Shown: one piece after another, positions 58,626-64,000 of the stretch
How the letters are laid out: every line of letters starts with the position of its first letter
Numbering within the stretch: the first letter of the stretch is position 1
Assembly: GCA_023231475.1 (NCBI GenBank)
Contig: JALJEE010002614.1
Location: forward strand, 1 to 64,000
Source: Seison nebaliae
Taxonomy: Eukaryota
Length of the DNA: 64,000 nt
Direction: 5' to 3'
Position numbers and translations under genes: made by a program
The notes under the pieces: model-generated
The model's input: only the letters and a program-made list of their open reading frames with translations
Told to the model about the DNA's origin: nothing
Databases searched by the model: none

Positions 58626-59084
58626 ATGATTCATTTGCGAGACTTACGTCGAATTCGAGGAAATTTGAGAAAGGTGAATAACAATAATAATAATCATAAA
58701 AAACGATTTGATTGGAATGGATTTGTGACGAAATTCCTCTCATTCCTCGCCATCGCCATCATATTACAAATGATATCGTTCTTCTTTCGTACACGTCAAT
58801 ATCCGTCATCTAATACGTCGTGGAATGAAGATGTGGTTAAATGGAGTAAGAAACAAATCGGAAAATTTTTATTAGATCGAAAATATAATCGACGTTTGTA
58901 TGATCCGAGAATCTTGTTCACCAAAATCCTTTTGAAAGGAGTTCTTTTGACTATTATATTCTTCTACTTCGATTTCCTTCGATCGAACTATCAGCGATTA
59001 TTACGTCAAGCGATCATCGCTTATAATATCGTCTCGAAAGAATATCGTGAGGATGAACATATGCAAATGCAAACAGTTGACTAA
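58626..59084 (+). CDS. uncharacterised small membrane protein
   Basis: 152-aa ORF with two hydrophobic segments; AATAAA motifs follow the stop codon. Confidence 0.6.
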   Translation: MIHLRDLRRIRGNLRKVNNNNNNHKKRFDWNGFVTKFLSFLAIAIILQMISFFFRTRQYPSSNTSWNEDVVKWSKKQIGKFLLDRKYNRRLYDPRILFTKILLKGVLLTIIFFYFDFLRSNYQRLLRQAIIAYNIVSKEYREDEHMQMQTVD

Positions 59085-59560
59085 CAAATAAAACGTAAAA
59101 TAAAAGAAGTTGTTGAAATAAAATATTTATTTTGGATTTCAAATAAATTTTCGTCGTTCTTAAATTTTAATAAAAATTTATATTTTACTTAATCATAATT
59201 ATATAATGTTAATCATATTCAATCATATATATTATCATAGTATTATCTAATACAGTATACAAATACATCTTAAATACAATTAACAGAAATAAAAGTTCAA
59301 ATATATTTGGAGACATCTCTTATCAATGACCATAATGAGTGAAATGATTAAAAAAAATTTGAATTTCTCATTGTCAGATTGGAATTTTCAATATACTAAA
59401 TATATTAATATGATATTAATAACGAAACTTTTATTTTCGTTTTTAGTTTTAGAAATTTGAAAGTTTCTGACAGTTTCTGTTTGTGAGATGAATTTATTCT
59501 ATGAAAATATGAATTATATATCAAATAAACAAACGTCGATTGGATAGTGTAGGAAAAATA

Positions 59561-59896
59561 TTATAAATTTGCGAATTGATTCTTAAAATTCTTTTTCATA
59601 TATGCATCATAAACGGAAGCAAATGGAACGAATCCCACCAAATCCTTCACATTCTTCTTCGACATACCTTTTTCGTATTCGTTCTTTTCGGGCGAGAAGA
59701 TTGGTGATTGATCAATATAACTTCTTTTATCGATCGAATGTCCTTTCTTCTGCTTCATTAATTCCTGATGTTTCTTCTGGAAATCGTTAAAATGATCGAC
59801 GAGCATATCATGACGCTGTTTGAGTGGTAGGGAATGAATAGTTGGAAAGTGGAAAAGTAGAAAGAGTATAATCGACAATGAAACAATGAATTGCAT
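59561..59896 (-). CDS. secreted peptide precursor candidate
   Basis: Clear signal peptide MQFIVSLSIILFLLFHFPTIHS and several dibasic sites (KK, KR); 111 aa. Confidence 0.6.
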   Translation of the reverse strand: MQFIVSLSIILFLLFHFPTIHSLPLKQRHDMLVDHFNDFQKKHQELMKQKKGHSIDKRSYIDQSPIFSPEKNEYEKGMSKKNVKDLVGFVPFASVYDAYMKKNFKNQFANL

Positions 59897-59919
59897 ATTT
59901 CTTTATCGTTATTTCAAAA

Positions 59920-61903
59920 TTAGATGTCAATTTTACTATTTTTCAATTCATTTATTGACTCGTTTTTTTGCATAGGAAATTTTTTATTCAATTTATTCCG
60001 TTGATTGTTTGAGTCGTTGTGATGATAAGTCCGTTTCATCGAATTAGTCGTACGGATCATTTCGGATATTTGTGAGGTATCCGGTGACGGATATCTTCCG
60101 GCGTTCGCCGTCGTCGTTTGCCATTTATTTGAATCATCTTTATTCGACGAATTATTTATTGGAATTGGTTGTACTCGTTTTTGAGTAGATCTTGAACGAT
60201 TATTTTGATTAAAATTTTTCACTTTAATATTCTCTTTCTCAAATGGTGAGATGGATCGATTTGATATGGAATTGGAAGCGGTATAAGTATCAAGAGAATT
60301 TTTCGCTTGTAAACAAAGAATCGAAGACGAATGAGTTGACGATTCAGTTGTAGTTTCTTCACTTCGATTCTCTTTTAAAAAGTTTATTTCCGATTGAAGA
60401 TCACTATTATTCTTACTTAGTTGACGTGATAATGGTAATTTGGATTTCTTCCGATTATTCTTCTTTGACACTTTCGAGTATATTCCCAATGAATGGTAAA
60501 GTAGCGAGTTATCATCTTTCCCACCATATTTATATCGATGTTTATGTTTCCGATGATGATCGTCTTGATATTCTTCAGAATTATCTAATTGCTGTTGTTG
60601 TTGTTTTTCTTGTTTCTGTAATTGAGTTTGAGATGTGGATTGATTGAAAGTAGGACGAGTTTGTGATCGATCTTTGTGATCAGTTTGTAGTTGCGGCTCG
60701 TTTAGCATGGGAAGATATGATTGTGAGAAATGATAAATGTCGAAACAATCGTTGAGAACTTTGGTTGAATTTATGAGATTGGACGATTGAATATCCGGAT
60801 CAGTTAATCCATTTGAATTTGATGTTGGAAGTACATTCTTCGGTTTACATTGACAAAATTCATATTTCTTTTGAAGATAATACTTCGATAAACCGACAAT
60901 GAAACAAATTAGAATGACAATAAATAATGCGGCAATTGGAGCTAACACCGTACACATTACAATGGCCTGAGTCAAGGAGATGAGAGGTCGGTCCATCATG
61001 GTACTGGTTTGACTAGTCGAATGAAATGGATAAGAGGAAGGATTTGAAATGAGCATAAGTAATGTTTGATTAGTTACATTACTATTAAGTAATTGAGTAG
61101 ATGTTTTATGATACTGTGGCTGTTTACTTTTGAGAATGCCTCGATAGCTCATTTTGACCGATTGCTGATGTATCGGAATGGGATAATACGTCAAATTATT
61201 GGAAGAAGTTGTTGGGAAGTTGTTTCGATTGGGGTCCTTAGGAGAAGCGGCAGCTGTCGAAGTAGACGATGGTAATAGTAGGAGAATAATTGAAGTGAAT
61301 AAGTGATGGCATTCAATTAGATGAATGGCTATGTTAGTGAGAGGATGTAAGATAATGGAAAAAAATCGAAAAATGATATGTAATCTTTCAATGAGATGAT
61401 GCGTGAAGGTTCGTTCAACTTTACTTTTCCAATCGGCAAAATGGTGGAGTAGATGATGGAAATTAGAGATAAAGGGGAAAACTGAACAATTCTTTCTCCC
61501 CCATATCTCATTAAGATATGCTAATTGGTTTTTTGTCTTCGGCCATCTTACGTCAAATGAGTTCCTTCGGAACGAACTTCTTCTGGCTGCTTGTGCACTT
61601 CCGTTCACCGGTCTGTTGATTTTATCAATTATATTCCAGATTCCTTCTTTCTTCTCTGACTTCGTCTGCCTCTTATTTCCAATACGCCTCGCCCCAACAT
61701 TCGTTAATTGACGGAGGGATTCCAATTCTCCGTTTAGGAGGTTGGTTGATAATTCATAATTGATCAAAATTCGTCCATCACACAGGAAACCATTTAACGA
61801 CTCCTCACTCCAAATGCATATTATCCCTTTTGTCTTCCTTTTCTTCTTATTCCAATTAGATTTGGGTCTTGTCGATTTCCAATTTGTCTTTCTGGTTCTG
61901 TTT
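59920..61903 (-). CDS. uncharacterised single-pass membrane protein (3' part; 5' exons unresolved)
   Basis: The frame is open from an acceptor-like CTAATACAG at about 61904 to TAA at 59920. TM segment AIVMCTVLAPIAALFIVILICFIVGL, then a long S/N/Q-rich tail. Confidence 0.6.
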
Positions 61904-64000
61904 CTGTATTAGGAAGAAATTGCATTAATATTCTCAAGTCATATGAATTGGAATGGGAAAGGAAGAACAGTCAATTACTTCGTTTAATTTCCTTCTATTT
62001 ACTAATTAATTTAAACATACAAATCCGTTACATAACTCTATTATGACTAGTTTCTGACTAGTTTGAATTGTAGTCGCATAAGATTTTAAAGAGGAAAGAA
62101 TAGAAGTTTTGTTCAATGGGAATTAAAGTCGTAAAGGGGAGAAAGTTTTTTTTCAACAGATTCAAATAGAAGAAAAAAGTTTTTCGAGAGATTCGAATAA
62201 GAGAAGAAACTTTTTCAACAGATTCCAGTCGGGAAGGAAAAATGTAAATAAATTCACATAATTTCTTTAAATTTAATAATCTCTAATCATTATTCAATGT
62301 GAGAATTAGCATTTCGATTATAATGCAATGAGTAATTTCTCTCGCTTATCTGCTGAAGGGAGAGAAGCCAGGTAGATGCATGGAGGAAAAATGAGAAGGA
62401 ATGTTATCGATAATGACTGGCAACATACGAGAATGCCTACTAATAATAATAATAATGAGCCGAAATTTATGAGAGAATATGAATATGCAATTTAGACACA
62501 ACTGGAAACTTTTCATTTTCTTTTCATGAATTCACACTTATCCGTAGGACAGTAATCGTTTGGTTTTGAGGAAATCGTTGAGAAATAATAGAAATATGAA
62601 GAGGATGAAATATGCGAGATATGTATCATATGTATCTGGAGATTAACAACATTAAATTCATCACAATAACAATAATCGACAAACATGTTCCAAATCGATT
62701 CTATATGTTCATTATCGAGTGAAAGGGATTGAGGAGAAATGTTTTCTAATATTCGAATATTCGAATACCTGAACAGTTCCCACACAACTCTAATTGGAAC
62801 GTCCTTCGAGGTCTCCTCAATTTGTTTATAATTTTCGCTTCGTTCACAAAATCATTTCTTATTAGTCTGCCAGCAAATGACTTCAACTCAACTACAACCT
62901 ACTCCGCAAAACAAATTCTCCTCTCCACTATCATCCTGTGCACCATCGTTATTATTTATCCTTATCCGATTGCTCATCCTTCTCATCGTCTCTAATTCTA
63001 ATTGCACTACATTTGGGGAATATGAAAAATTAGGTTTATATTTCCTTCTCCTCAATCGAACTGGCGAAAAACATCTTTCTTCCTTCTTCTGTTCCAGCCT
63101 ACACTAAATGAGAATCAACTACTCTTCTTCATTCTATTACACTTCTACATTCGATTACGTAATTTCAAATTGTGCCATATATTCTCCCACCTATTCATTG
63201 ACGATGTATATACGTCCAAATGACATGTGCACAATCTTCCTCCTTTTTCTCATCATTTGATAGACGATGCCTCTTGTGTCATTTCATCTATGTCGACAGA
63301 CAACCAGATCAAACTGAAAAATAACAAGATGAACAAATACACAAACATTTTAACTGATATCCATCTGTTTCTACTTCACTACTCCTACTCGGCCGTCATC
63401 GATCGATGTCTCTCCTTTATGAGCATTAAAGTGATCGATGATATTCTCATCAACTTCCCATTCATTCCACTAATTTCACTCACGAAATTTAAATTCTCTT
63501 TTTCATCAAATCAGAAATCATCACAATGATTTATGCATATGTTGTGCATTAGTAACAATAATAGCACAGAACAATCAAATTGAAACCTTTGACTCAATTG
63601 ATTAGAATCATATCGATTTCCCCATACATTCTCCCATTCGAACAAACAACCACTTCCTCCCAATGTTACAATAGACGTAATGTCATAATGAATGATTATT
63701 CTTTGTTGAATATCGATGAATTGAGTTTGCATGTTCTTCCGCATTCCACGAATCTGATATTAAAAAATTAATTAGGAGATATTACTGATGACAAAATCCG
63801 AGTGTGTCGCACAGTACTTTCATTAAAGTGCTTATTCTCTTCTCCTCTTGTCGTATTTGTTTACCAAAAATTTTTCATATTTTTCTTTCCGAAAATCATA
63901 AAGTGAATTTGATGCGATCCGTTCTTAAATGTTGTTTGTCTTCAATTTCTATTTCCATCTCTATTTATTTCCATTATCTTATCAGTTTCCAATTGAATTA

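Noticed and set aside
62000..64000. Short ORFs as upstream exons of the 59.9-61.9 kb gene
   Set aside because: Could not be joined into a consistent frame with confidence.

Overview
AT-rich, compact eukaryotic DNA in the standard genetic code. The Shc, SPAG17, PAL, SLC9B and fibrinogen-related genes point to a ciliated invertebrate animal; the lineage cannot be fixed from sequence alone. About 17 protein genes can be rebuilt by hand across very short introns (mostly 42-65 nt): a fibrinogen-related protein, an AGC-like pseudokinase, SPAG17/PF6 with an RFX X-box, PSMC3, a two-domain small HSP, a ZP-like secreted protein, stand-alone PAL, Shc, an EF-hand protein, an SLC9B antiporter, a claudin-like protein with LDLa repeats, an SRSF3/7-like RRM protein, PSMA1 and several unknowns. 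There is also tRNA-Cys(GCA) and some DNA-transposon debris. The main signal is an unusual splicing grammar. Roughly 60 of about 65 manually traced introns start GTT rather than GTA/GTG, including all 9 in PSMA1. AAG acceptors are common, and several longer introns have stronger GTTAGT/GTAAGT donors. Acceptor-like sites just upstream of many ATGs and tightly packed same-strand genes hint at SL trans-splicing or operons. Gene models are manual and lack transcript support.
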